Part shown: positions 25,835-38,321 of the stretch, piece by piece
How positions within the stretch are numbered: the stretch's first letter is position 1
Layout of the letters: each line of letters starts with the position of its first letter
Assembly (NCBI RefSeq): GCF_006345805.1
Contig: NC_043001.1
Span: 23,932,001 to 23,996,000 of the forward strand
Direction: 5' to 3'
From: Octopus sinensis
Taxonomy: Eukaryota
Length of the DNA: 64,000 nucleotides
The notes under the pieces: model-generated
What the model was told of the DNA's origin: nothing
Databases searched by the model: none
The model's input: the letters and a program-made list of their open reading frames with translations, nothing else
Position numbers and translations under genes: made by a program

Positions 25835-26412
25835 AGGCGCAGGAGTGGCTGTGTGGTAAGTAGCTTGCTCACCAACCACATGGTTCCGGGTTCAGTCCCA
25901 CTGCGTGGCATCTTGGGCAAGTGTCTTCTACTATAGCCTCGGGCCGACCAAAGCATTGTGAGTGGATTTGGTAGACGGAAACTGAAAGAAACCCGTCGTA
26001 TATACGTATATATATATATATATGTGTGTGCATGTTTGTGTGTCTGTGTTTGTCCCCCTAGCATTGCTTGACAACCGATGCTGGTGTGTTTACGTCGCCG
26101 TCACTTAGCAGCTCGGCAAAAGAGACCGATAGAATAAGTACTGGACTTACAAAGAATAAGTCCCGGGGTCAATTTGCTCGACTAAAAGCGGTGCTCCAGC
26201 ATGGCCGCAGTCTAAGGACTGAAACAAGTAAGAGAGTAAAGAGAGTAAGCGCAAATTGTGGCTGTATGGTAAGCAGTTTCCTTCACATCCACATAGTTCC
26301 GGCTTTATTCTCACTGCGTAGCACCTTGGGGGAATAGTCTTCTTGTATAGCCCCGAGTCGAGTCTTGTGAGTAGATTTGATTGACGGAAACTGACAGAAG
26401 CTCTCGTCGTAT
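25835..26412 (+). mobile_element. SINE-B full copy plus a decayed second head
   Basis: Complete family match 25835-26246. Confidence 0.9.
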
Positions 26413-26414
26413 AT

Positions 26415-26660
26415 ATATTACCTCTCCTTCTTTCTACATTTCCTGTCGAAAACCGTTTTTCCTCAACCAGCCGCCACGCCTAATCGCTAAATCCCCAAGT
26501 TTTTTTTTTATCCTCCCTCTATTCCTTTCTCTTGAAAAGCGAAGGCTCGAAACGTAAAAGACTTTCTCACTTTCACGAGCGTCAAACTCAAACACCTGCT
26601 TGTTGTTCATACCCCTGTCTTCATCTTTTGCTTTTTCTGTAAATTTCAACTGTATATATA
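26415..26660 (+). mobile_element. About 240-bp element with HHR-like motif, flanked by short (TA)n
   Basis: Shares GGCTCGAAACGTAAAAGACTTT with 41590-41830 and 56920-57060. Confidence 0.65.
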
Positions 26661-26669
26661 GATGAGTAG

Positions 26670-26960
26670 CAAAGATGTATAAGTGTCAATTCATTACGGC
26701 CGTTTCGCGCAACTCCTTTAATTGATCAATGAAAGTATTACATAATTACAGATAAAGCCATTATCATCAGATGAACGTATAGATCTCAAGCATAAAGGAA
26801 AAATCAGGTATTTAAACATATTCATATTATCAATAGAGAGCAAATATTTACAATGATTCTGCTGCTAAATTTTTTTACAGAATGGATGGCACCATCTGCA
26901 TACACTGCATGAATATCGGATAGAAAAATTCTATGTAGAATTTGATACTCACCTAATATT
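26670..26960 (-). mobile_element. Solo PLE terminal region with long-stem-II HHR motif (26690-26775)
   Basis: Homologous to 44480-44700; UUCAU CUGAUGA...GAAACGGCCGUA AUGAA. Confidence 0.7.
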
Positions 26961-27208
26961 GGTAGAGTATGCAAATGCGTTCCTCCTAACAAAGTGCCTC
27001 ATTTGAAGCACCTAATTCGACCGAATCTAGATTACTTTCTATATATACATACATACGTATGTACGTATACATCTGTATATATATATTATATGTATACACA
27101 CTCACATATATATATATATATATATATATTTACATACACATACATACGTACGTACGTACATACATACACATACATACATACGTACTACGTACATACATAC
27201 ACACACAC

Positions 27209-27247
<39 letters not shown>

Positions 27248-28054
27248 ACACTCCCGTCGGTTTCGACGTATGATGAGCTGACAACAGTTTGCAAAAAAGC
27301 TCACTAATGCAGGTCCGTGTAAGTGGTACATTCATAGCCACTTTTCTCCGTTGCGTTCACTCCTAAGCCTGTTAATACTGGTTGAAACAATGTTTCTTAT
27401 ACCATTTTAACACAACGATCTCCATTTTGTTTGCTGAAAGACGTGTGTATGTGTGGAGAGGAAGAGAGAGAGAGGGGGTAGAGAGCGGGAGAGAGAGAGG
27501 GAGGGACGAGAGAAAGTAATGAGTTTGCTTTAATCACAAATAGAGTTGTAGGATTACGTTACTTTCATTCCTATGCGTAACGTCATAAGTCCATGTGTAT
27601 ACATGTTTATAGTGTAAACCTTTGATCTAAATCATTCCTTTTCTTAAAGGTGACAGCGTGTGACATACATACATACATACATACATACATACATACATAC
27701 ATACATACATACATACATACATACATACATACATACATACATACATAATACATACATACATACACTGTTTCTATTAGTTACCATTTGTTTGCTACGACTT
27801 GGCTTTATAAACTGATAGAAAGCGCGTGCGTGTGTATCCCTGAATGCCAGTTGTATTAACGTTACCATGCCACTGCCACTCCATCTTTGTCGCTTACACA
27901 ATTCCTTTCTCCCCTTTCCTGATATCAGTCACTCTCCCTATGCCACCTCATTTCCTTCACAGTAACACTCTTGCACCCTTCTGATTTTTTCACAAAATAG
28001 CCCATCCTACCATTACAGTTTTATAAGTCATAAGATGTGTATGTATTTGTGTGT

Positions 28055-28290
28055 GTATGTCTGTTTGTCTGTGTGTCTGTGTTTGTCACTCCGCCATCGC
28101 TTGACAACCGGTGCTAGTGTGTTTCTGTCCCTGTAACTTAGCGGTTCGGCAAAAATGACCGATAGAATAAGTACTAGCCTTACAAAGAATAAGCCCTGGG
28201 GGGAGGGAGGGCGATTTCTTCGACTAAAACTCTTTAAGGTGGTGCTCCAGCATGGCTGCAATCAAATGACTGAAACAAGTAAAAGAAATA
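28055..28290 (+). mobile_element. SINE-B 3' half
   Basis: CGCTTGACAACCG...GACTGAAACAAGTAAAAGA. Confidence 0.85.
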
Positions 28291-28897
28291 TATACAATTC
28301 TACAATTTATATTGTTTATTCCTCCAAATAACTTTTGTCGTTTCATTTTACTTTCTGATCTACATACAATTTTGCGATAGTACACCAACATAACCTTTTT
28401 ATCTTGTTATTCACTACACAAATGTTAATATAGTCTTGTTTTATTATTGTAATAATCATCAATTGAAATTGTTACAGGGAAGAGTGTACCGTAAGAATTT
28501 TCAAATGTTAATGAATCCCTCTGTTGAAATGAAGTCCTTCAATTGTGTGATTGTATCAATGATGTCACACAATACAATATCAATAAGAAAGAAGAAAAGA
28601 ACGAAATAAATAAATAAAGAAAGAAAGAAAAAAGAAGGAACAACCATCGAATTAATGTCCGTTGCTGTTCAAATTATACAGACAATGGTGTACAAATAGG
28701 GAACACTTAAGATGGCGATGGATTTAAATTCTCCCTTCTAGAACACTTACTGCACCCATTTATGCCCACAATTAAATGCATGCATGTATGTGAATATATA
28801 TATTTATATAGATTGAAATAAAAACTGAAAAAGCAAAACATTTGACATCACTCGAAAGAATTATTTAATTTAGATAGAAAATATAAACGTATGTAAA

Positions 28898-29116
28898 AGT
28901 ATATTCTTTTATTCTTTTATTTGTTTCAGTCGTTTGACTGCGGCCATGCTGGAGCACCGCCATTAGTCGAGCAAATCGACCCCAGGACTTACTCTTTGTA
29001 AGCCTAGTACATATTCTATCGGTGTCTTTCGCCGAACCGCTAATGTCACTGGGACGTAAACACACTAGCATCGGTTGTCAAACGATGGTAAGGTACAAAT
29101 ACATACACACAACATT

Positions 29117-29208
<92 letters not shown>

Positions 29209-29250
29209 CGACGGGCTTCTTTCAGTTTCCGTCTACCAAATACACTCACA
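28898..29250 (-). mobile_element. SINE-B, 5'-truncated
   Basis: Reverse-complement family match. Confidence 0.85.
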
Positions 29251-29429
29251 AGTCATCCTACATTCAACCAAACGGTTCCTCCCAATTCTACATCAATCTT
29301 CAAATCTCCGACAAATAATAAAAAAATTACAGACACACAAACATTTACATACATACATACATACATATATATGTGTGTGTGTGTGTAAACGACGGGCTTC
29401 TTTCAGTTTCCGTCTACCAAATACACTCA

Positions 29430-30110
29430 CAGTCATCCTACATTCAACCAAACGATTCCTCCCAATTCTACGTCAATCTTCAAATCTCCGACAAATAATT
29501 AAAAAAATTCCAAGTCATCAACAGCCGAAGACAACAACCAAAACTCAAGAGTCTGCGAACGAAGGGGAGATTCACATCGGAGAAAGAAATAATACAAGTA
29601 AAAGATTGTGGAGACCTAAGTTGTGGGACATGAGAAACAATTGAATAATGAACAACCAAACAATTCAAGAATGGGAAGGAATTCAAAATTAATGCAAACA
29701 TCACGAACAGCTAAACAAGAAAATCACATCTACGGCATCACGTTCTCAGAATGCTACGAGAATTGCAGGAGGGAAAATAGAGAAGAAAAACTAACCAGCC
29801 GTGTAAATGTATATGAACAGCAAATTAAAGATTAATCTCTTAGAAATGTTCCTTGTTGTAAACATCTAGACATCTGTGCAAATGGAAAATTTAAAATATT
29901 TCCATTTTATAAAATAAAATATGAATTAATCATTATCTATGAAAAGCAAAAGAACACTAAAACAGAAATAGTCAACACCATTACTAAAACAACCTCCTCT
30001 GTACGGATTAGTCGAAGAACAAGTGCGACTGAAGAACTACACAGCGAAAGCATTTGGGCACAAGATACATGCAATACGCACACTTTATCCACAAAGCTTG
30101 GTGACATTCT
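29430..30110 (+). mobile_element. Decayed PLE 3' fragment (GIY-YIG C-terminal part) with terminal HHR remnant
   Basis: KLTSRVNVYEQQIKD*SLRNVPCCKHLDICANGKFKIF resembles the PLE endonuclease tail also seen at 39280-39400; CUGAAGA..GAAA at 30029-30049. Confidence 0.7.
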
Positions 30111-30199
30111 GTTAAATAATTTGTTTTAGAACAGTTAATAACTTTTTAAAATAATCTTTCTTGAATTGTATCAAGTATCAAATAAATTTTGCAAAAGCT

Positions 30200-30258
<59 letters not shown>

Positions 30259-30386
30259 GTGTGTGTGTGTCTGTGTGTGTGCGTGCGTGCGTGTGTGTGT
30301 CTGTGTGTGTGTGTGTATGTACATATATTTCTATATATATGTATATATACACACACATATATATATATCTATATATATAGAGAGAG

Positions 30387-30436
<50 letters not shown>

Positions 30437-30569
30437 GTAGATAGATAGAGACCCCTGAGACTTCTGACAACAGGCTGTTGTCCATTCTCACGGAATCTAA
30501 CTGAACAAACAAGACCGAGCTTTCTGAGAAGTAAAACGATAGCAACAACAACAACAATTATAATAATAA

Positions 30570-30710
30570 CGCAAGATCAGGGCTTACCTACCAGAAACTA
30601 CCATGCAAACGTCTATAAACATGGATCTAACCCTCGCGCAGAATTTGCGGAAAGTTCACAGAGACAATTGATCATGCTGTTTCTGGCTGCCCAGTCCTGG
30701 CTGAAGAGGA
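30570..30710 (+). mobile_element. R4/Dong-like C-terminal fragment
   Basis: QDQGLPTRNYHANVYKHGSNP, then a frameshifted TETIDHAVSGCPVLA, typical zinc-knuckle region. Confidence 0.65.
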
Positions 30711-30739
30711 GTGAAATTTTGGGGTCGGTGACTTGTCGA

Positions 30740-31110
30740 TCTCATTGACCTCAGGACTTGACTGAGCTTCCCAAAAGGATGAAATACAAAATCGACTTCG
30801 ATGGTATTTAAACTCAACGTAAAGAGCCGGAAGAAATGCTGCTGAGCGTTTTGTCCAACGCTTTAACGATTCTGCTATCTCGCTGCCTTACTACAAATAA
30901 TAATATATTCTAACTTTGACACAAAGCCAACAATTTTAATCGCGTGAGGAATCGAGTTCATTCCACCCTAGTAATCAACTGCGACTTATTTTATCGACGA
31001 CGAAATGATGGAAAACAAAGTCGACCTTAGAAGAATTTGTATTTGGAAAGAGCCGTAAGAAATGTCGCGAAATATTTTGTCGGAAGCGCTAATAATTCTG
31101 TAAGTTCTCC
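30740..31110 (-). mobile_element. Two decayed SINE-A copies
   Basis: AAAGGATGAAATACAAAATCGAC and AAAGTCGACCTT motifs. Confidence 0.6.
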
Positions 31111-31163
31111 GCCTTACTATCAATAATAATAATAAAATATTCATAACTTTAATAACTTTTTTC

Positions 31164-31598
31164 GGATCTTTTCGGTTTGAACGGCAGTTTTTTAATATAA
31201 TTTCCACGTAACTAAACACTTTTAAACTTCGTATACTGGTAGAATGTGTTTATAAAACATCTTTTTCTCTTGGCTTTATTGAGAAAATTCTATAGTTTGT
31301 AAGATATTTGTTGTTTTTTTTCTTCAATTTCTGCAATTTCAACCAATCAATGACGTTCATTGAGGTAAAAAACATTCTGTGCCGTATGAAAATGTCCCTC
31401 GTTTAAGAAACAGATTGGGTTTATTTACATTTTTGAAGAAGAAAATATACCCTTCCCCCACCCCTAACCCTAACCCTAACTCTAACCCTATCCCTAAAAC
31501 AGATTGAAATGCAATAGATCGATACTAGGGTCATAATTATGGGTGACAATTTCATATGACGCCGCTAGAAAAAACTGCCGTTCAAACCGAAAAGATCC
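31164..31598 (-). mobile_element. TIR element copy 2 (TTAGGG-containing)
   Basis: Same TIRs as 7389; CCCTAACCCTAACCCTAAC internal. Confidence 0.9.
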
Positions 31599-32627
31599 CT
31601 TCTTTCGATTTACCATGGCAAACTGTCATCATTTTGTTATCGTGTCATTTTTTTTTTTTTTAACCTTGACGGAAAGCAGATAAATAGTTTACTTATTTAT
31701 AGTGACAACAAATCTTCGTAGTCAATTTATTGTATGTCTCCTTAGAAACTAAAATAGGACATTGATTTGTGTTTTTCTGTGAGACTTTTATTGATTTCAA
31801 ATTTTTTAATTGGTTATAATTCTGTCGTATCATTAATGGACACCGTCGGCATTTTAAATTTATTGGTTTAATGCAATTAATTTTTTTTCCGTGCAAGAAA
31901 TTTTACGTGACTCCATTTTATCTTGCAGGCAGTCGAAACTGATTTCTCCGTATACATCACTATACATTACTTTATACATACATACATACATACATACATA
32001 CATACATACATACATACATACATACATACATACATACACGCACACACACACACACACACAAGCACACACACACATATATATGTACACGCACACACACCCA
32101 CACACATCCACCCACCCACCCACACCCATACCCACACACCCACACCCACACACCCACACCCACACACACATATTTATGAGTTGAAATTGATCAAATATTC
32201 AGACTATAATTTCAGCAGTTCCTAAAAGCTAAAAGAATACATGTGAATTTATGTGAAATATTGAAAATACAGCTAGGCAATCTATGAAGTGAAAATAAAA
32301 ATGCTAGAACTTTGATATATGAATAATATGCTTCAGTGTAGTTGTATGAAATATATCAACAGATAAAATGTTTTATCAACATTCTGAGATTTTCTGGAAA
32401 AAAAATATATGCAACAATGCGATAAAATATTTTAATACGAGAACGCGAGTTTTTCTTGTTTCCCTATTCGGGATGGAATTCGTGAAGCAATGATTTTCGT
32501 TGGAGATTGACTATCTCATGTAACATGTCTAGGAAACAAGAGCAGAGTCCCTAGTTGGCTTATGCTATATGCATTACTCAGGTAGGGTAATATACTGAAT
32601 ACAAAGGTGTCCATAAATTAAATTTAC

Positions 32628-33048
32628 TAAGGAGGCGAGCTGGCAGAAACGTTAGCACGCCGGGCGAAATGCGTAGCCGTATTTCGTCTGCCGTTACGTT
32701 CTGAGTTCAAATTCTGCCGAGGTCGACTTTGCCTTTCATCCTTTCGGGGTCGATAAATTAAGTACCAGTTATGCACTGGGGTCGATGTAATCGACTTGAT
32801 CCGTTTGTCTGTCCTTGTTTGGCCCCTCTGTGTTTACCCCTTGTGGGTTGTAAAGAAATAGGTATTTCGTCTGCCGTTATGTTCTGAGTTCAAATTCCGC
32901 CGAGGTCGACTTAGCCTTTCATCCTTTCGGGGTCGATTAAATAAGTACCAGTTACGCACCGGGGTCGATGTAATCGACTTAATCCGTTTTTCTGTCCTTG
33001 TTTGTCCCCTCTGTTTAGCCCCTTGTGGGCAATAAAGAAATAAGAAAT
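32628..33048 (+). mobile_element. SINE-A dimer inserted as one unit, 15-bp TSD
   Basis: ATAAATTAAATTTAC at 32613-32627 and 33049-33063. Confidence 0.9.
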
Positions 33049-33432
33049 ATAAATTAAATTTACAATTTAAAAAATTAATTCCGAAAAAAAATTCCCTGAA
33101 AAATAAGGATAACTCAACAGAGTTTAGAGGAAAACACAGGCAAATAAAGTTTTATTAGAAACATCAGAACACTTCCTCGCATATTCAATTGGTTGCCAGG
33201 AAGTTGATTGATCGATCTCAACTTTAATAGATACACTAAACTGTGAAAGGTGTAAAGATAATTCATAAACACTGTATATTAAATCAAAATACGCACTTCT
33301 GAAATGTAGTCTCGTCGAAAGTACTACTGTAATTATATGCACTTTTATTTGAATCTACCACATGATAAAATTATCTTAGTTGTGGCTATCACCAACAAAA
33401 GTGCTCCTGTCTTATGTACTATTAGTATTTTA

Positions 33433-33885
33433 AGCGGCGAGCTGGCAAAACCGTTATGGCTCCAGAAAAAAAAAATGCTTAGCGGTATTTCTTCCGAATT
33501 TACGTTCTGAAGTCAAATGCTACCGGGGTCGACTTTGCCTTTCCTCTTTCAACTGGTACTTATAAAATTAGTACTAGCTGAATACTGGGATTGATGTAAT
33601 CGACTTATCCCTGCCACGAAATTGCTGGTCTGGTGCTAAAATTTGAAACCAATATTTTAAATAAAGCGGCGAGCTAGCAGAATCATTAGTACACCGGGTA
33701 GAATGTTGTCGGCATTTCGTCCCTCTTTACGTTCTGTGTTCAAATTCCCCCGTGGTCGATTTTGCCTTTCACCCTGTTGAGATCGATAAAATAAGTACCA
33801 ATTGAGCATTGGGGTCGATGCAATCAGCTTACACTCTCCCCCAAAATTCTTGGCCTTGTGCCAAAATTTAAAGCCAATATTTTAA
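33433..33885 (+). mobile_element. Two older SINE-A copies in tandem
   Basis: GCGGCGAGCTGGC heads at 33436 and 33666; shared tail AAATTTGAAACCAATATTTTAAATA. Confidence 0.8.
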
Positions 33886-34386
33886 ATACAAATCAATAAG
33901 ATGTATAAATTCTTTCTTTGAAAAAAAAAAGCAACATAAAGTCCCCCCAAGTTCTTTTATGATCAGCATAATTTGACTTAAGCTCTGACGAACTATGAAA
34001 CAACAGAGCTAGTTACGGGAGGAGAATTCAACCCTAGTTTCATTAATTTTAGATGAATTTTTTAGTAGACAATCCATACTTGGACAAGTTGGAAATGCAA
34101 AGGGACGCCAGTATATGAAACAATTAGATATTAATATTACTAACGCAGGGAACCACTAAAATCTAATTAATACGAATCAAAGTCTGGGTGAAGAAAGGAA
34201 AAAAATTATCTTAATAATTAGTTCTGGCTAAGAAAGACATAGGAAGCAACTCAAGTGATTAAATTGATTACAATTTAATTTAAAATAGATGCAATGGGGA
34301 GTGAATTTCATTTTCAGCAGTACTGTGAGAACGTTAGACACGTTTCAGTTTTATTACACTTCATCTGTGAAGTACATTCAAAGATA

Positions 34387-34769
34387 GTGGAGGCGCAATG
34401 GCCCAGTGGTTAGGGCAGCGGACTCGCGGTCATAGGATCGCGGTTTCGATTCCCAGACCGGGCGTTGTGAGTGTTTATTGAGCGAAAACACCTAAAGCTC
34501 CACGAGGCTCCGGCAGGGGATGGTGGTGATTCCTGCTGTACTCTTTCACCACAACTTTTCTCACTCTTACTTCCTGTTTCTGTTGTACCTGTATTTCAAG
34601 GGGCCGGCCTTATCACTCTCTGTGTCACGCTGAATATCCCCGAGAACTACGTTAAGGGTGTACGTGTCTGTGGAGTGCTCAGCCACTTACACGTTAATTT
34701 CACGAGCAGGCTGTTCCGTTGATTCGGATCAACCGGAACCCTCGTCGTCGTAACCGACGGAGTGCTTCC
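34387..34769 (+). mobile_element. SINE-C with tail type 3; 13-bp TSD
   Basis: ACATTCAAAGATA at 34374-34386 and 34770-34782. Confidence 0.9.
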
Positions 34770-35315
34770 ACATTCAAAGATAATTTGGTTGTTAAATTCT
34801 TCAGTAAAAAATTTCCTAGCAATATTTTCAACATCATAAGAAGTATTATGTTACTTCATTGTCATTGTAGAAACAATCAGTTCAATGCAAGCATAATTTT
34901 ATCAGTAGTTAATAATTATTTTGAGAGTTTTATAATCATTTCACCTTTAACGTAACTTGGTCAGATTTACCGTTCAATCAATTACAAATATTGAAGTGAA
35001 ACATGAAACTGAGCTGTGTTTGTGGTTAAAAACAAAACAAAACAGAAAACAAACAAAGCAAAACAAAAGTTTATGAAAATAAATTCATAGAGTGTAGAAA
35101 CTATTTTCATCCCTAAATGTTGTCAAGGAAACGGGGAGAATGATTGTTTGACAATCATCCATTAGAAATGAGATTTTAATCATTGCACTGCAGATGACAG
35201 TTAGATAAGTTATCCCTTGTATTGTCACTAACACAGACTGTCATAGACATGTTTTTCTCAGTGGCAACGTCAAGAGAAATAATATTTTATTTATGTCGGA
35301 ATGCGCGCGCACACA

Positions 35316-35374
<59 letters not shown>

Positions 35375-35619
35375 AACACATATATACTACCTTACGCATT
35401 CATATATTGAAATATACATATATATATATCGACTTATATAATTGTACGTGGTTGAAAATTCAAAGGTGCACATGCATACATGCTCACCAATACATACGGA
35501 GAAACACACATACACACATATTCATACAGACGCTTATGTATGTAAATGTGTGTATGTATCAGCGCCCACTGTGAGTCTATGCACTAACGTGTGTATATAT
35601 GAATATGTATATATATATC

Positions 35620-35896
35620 ACCGTGATACACATCCCTGGTCACAATGCGCTTCGCATTGTTTTAGCCTTCAAATGATGCCACCCCGCTGGCTAAGCGAGC
35701 AGGCCGACAGAAGAAAGAGTGAGATAAAGTTGTGGCGAAAGAGTACAGCAGGGATCGCCACCACCCTCTGCCGGAGCCTCGTGGGGCTTTAGGTGTTTTC
35801 GCTCAGTAAACACTCACAACGCCCGGTCTGGGAATCGAAACCGCGATCCTACAACCACGAGTCCGCTGCCCTAACCACTGGGCCATTGCGCCTCCA
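35620..35896 (-). mobile_element. SINE-C with tail type 1
   Basis: Matches 11212-11520. Confidence 0.9.
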
Positions 35897-36109
35897 CACA
35901 ACACACACACACACACACTCACTCACACACATACACACATACACACACATACATACGCACGCATACACACACACACACACACACACATATGCCAAAGGTA
36001 AGCCGTGTTAGCGGTGGTAGTAACCGTCTGAGGGATAATAGTATCCGTAATTACTATCGGTATCAATTAACTGTGCTATCTCTGGGCATTGGTATGAAAG
36101 CATACTATG

Positions 36110-36420
36110 CTCAGAGAGTACAGGTAACAACAGAATAAACAAAAGTTTATCAGGAATCAAATTTAGATAATCAAATAATGGAGAAACTTTTGATCAAGAG
36201 ACAGACAAATTGAACCACATCAGTTTATTATTTTTTTAAAACAAAACAGGACATAGCATTTCTTACGGCCGTTTCCGCTTCCAATGCTTGTCAGTGTTTA
36301 TGAAAGAAATTCCTAAAATAATATTCGTCATCTTCATAGCACATTCGATCTAGTACATGGAGCTTCATCACAGTGAATAAAAATGTGTATAATAAAATGA
36401 ACGATGGAAAGAGGGAAAAG
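36110..36420 (-). mobile_element. Decayed PLE terminal region related to 44470-44700
   Basis: GTACAGGTAACAA and TTACGGCCGTTTC shared; HHR core degraded (AUGAAGA). Confidence 0.45.
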
Positions 36421-36599
36421 GAAAGAACAGGGCCTCGAGAAGTGGCTAGAAGGGTCAATATATTAAAATCATACCATCATGCAGCGTGGAGCTTGAAGAC
36501 GGTATGAAATCATTCACTTTGATTTTTGTTATATATGACCGACCAGGCTACCAGATGTTGCTACACATCACTGGTCACAATGCATTGTTTTAGCCTTCA

Positions 36600-36700
36600 N
36601 NNNNNNNNNNNNNNNNNNNNNNNNNNNNNNNNNNNNNNNNNNNNNNNNNNNNNNNNNNNNNNNNNNNNNNNNNNNNNNNNNNNNNNNNNNNNNNNNNNNT
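36600..36700. other. Assembly gap (N run)
   Basis: Directly visible. Confidence 1.
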
Positions 36701-36767
36701 ATACACAGGTGTGAAACCGGTCAAGTGGATGGGCACCTTTTAAAATTGCATTTTCAAACCTTCTTTC

Positions 36768-36803
<36 letters not shown>

Positions 36804-36982
36804 GGAAATAATGTTTAACCACCATTGAGAATAAGCACAATTAGCTCGAAACCGTACAGTCTGGTGGTCCCGTCGTCTACTAGAAGATAGTACGGGTTTG
36901 CTCCCCTGCTTGCAATATATATCAGGTGCAGATTGCATCGATAACCAGCAGGAGGAGGCTCCTCCTGTGTCATGTATATATA

Positions 36983-37015
<33 letters not shown>

Positions 37016-37039
37016 ACATGGATGTATGTACATACAAAA

Positions 37040-37500
37040 ACATACATGATGACTGCAATTTGATTTTGAGCAATGCCCATGATTGAACGATCTCTTAAGA
37101 CAGTTTGTCACCCTTGCTATGAACCTACACACTTTTGCTCGAATGTGTCATCAATGGACGCCTCTAGCAACAGCTGTTCAGTGAGCTTACCACCTACGCT
37201 GACGCATGACTTCATTCCATCATGGAATTTTTCATTGCCTGTTTCGGCAACGACCGGCCGTAGTATGCAGCACATAATAGGTATGTTGATAGAGATGTTA
37301 GAAATTGAAGGATACCTATGTCTGAAGCTTTTCAGAATGAGGAAAAGCCTTGAGCAAAGCCAATCCGATTCTCTAAACGCTTACATTTGCCTCCAAAGAA
37401 GAATTAGTTTACATCATTGGATGCAAACCAAGTGGCAGAGTTTTCCTTTTCCTAGAGAGATGTCTCAGCAAAGACGAGAGGTCTCTATCACTCTTAGCGT
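37040..37500 (-). mobile_element. RTE-clade LINE RT fragment
   Basis: Minus-strand KFHDGMKSCVSVGGKLTEQ is typical of RTE RT; multiple stops. Confidence 0.75.
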
Positions 37501-38258
37501 TTGGAGGTCCATTAATTTTTGCTGAGTGCATCCGCCCATACGCACATACAAACATACATACATATGTACATACATACCTACAATGCATGGATACATACAT
37601 ATATTCACATACATTCATACATAATAACATACATACATACATACATACATACATACATACATACATACATACTTACATACATACATACATACTTACATAC
37701 ATACATACATAATTACATACATACATATTTACATACATACGTGCATACGTACATGCATACATACGTACATCAGGGCTGGACCAAAACTCATAAAAGCCCT
37801 AAGAACTTCGATTTTGGTGGCCCCATATATATATGAAATTCAAAATATAAACAATAATAAGCCATAAAATATATTTTTATTTTTCAAAATGAAACATAAT
37901 TAACGCAAGGTGGAAAATAATGTTTATTTTTGCATACTTCCACTTATATTTGGTAAGTATTTTCTTACTTTGTTAACTGCACAATGTTTGATCAGATTCT
38001 CACTGTGACAACATTAGCACTTCCAAATTATATTTCCGATAATAGAAAATTTATACAAATTATATATATATATATAATATTGCATATATATATGTATATA
38101 TATGTATTATATATATATTATATAATAATATATATTATATATATTATATATATATATATATATATAATATATATATATATATTATATATATATATACATA
38201 TATTGTACATATACATTATATATACATACATATACACATATCTATAATATATATATAT

Positions 38259-38303
<45 letters not shown>

Positions 38304-38321
38304 CAAATATACAATTAAATA

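Noticed and set aside
33981-34010. CTGACGA..GAAAC hammerhead-like string
   Set aside because: Only 5 nt between the core halves (no stem II) and no UH site.
34387-34465. tRNA-like sequences at SINE heads
   Set aside because: A/B boxes are present but there is no complete cloverleaf; they continue into SINE bodies with TSDs.
36815-36860. GCTCGAAACCGTACAG half-hammerhead
   Set aside because: 5' core unrecognisable.
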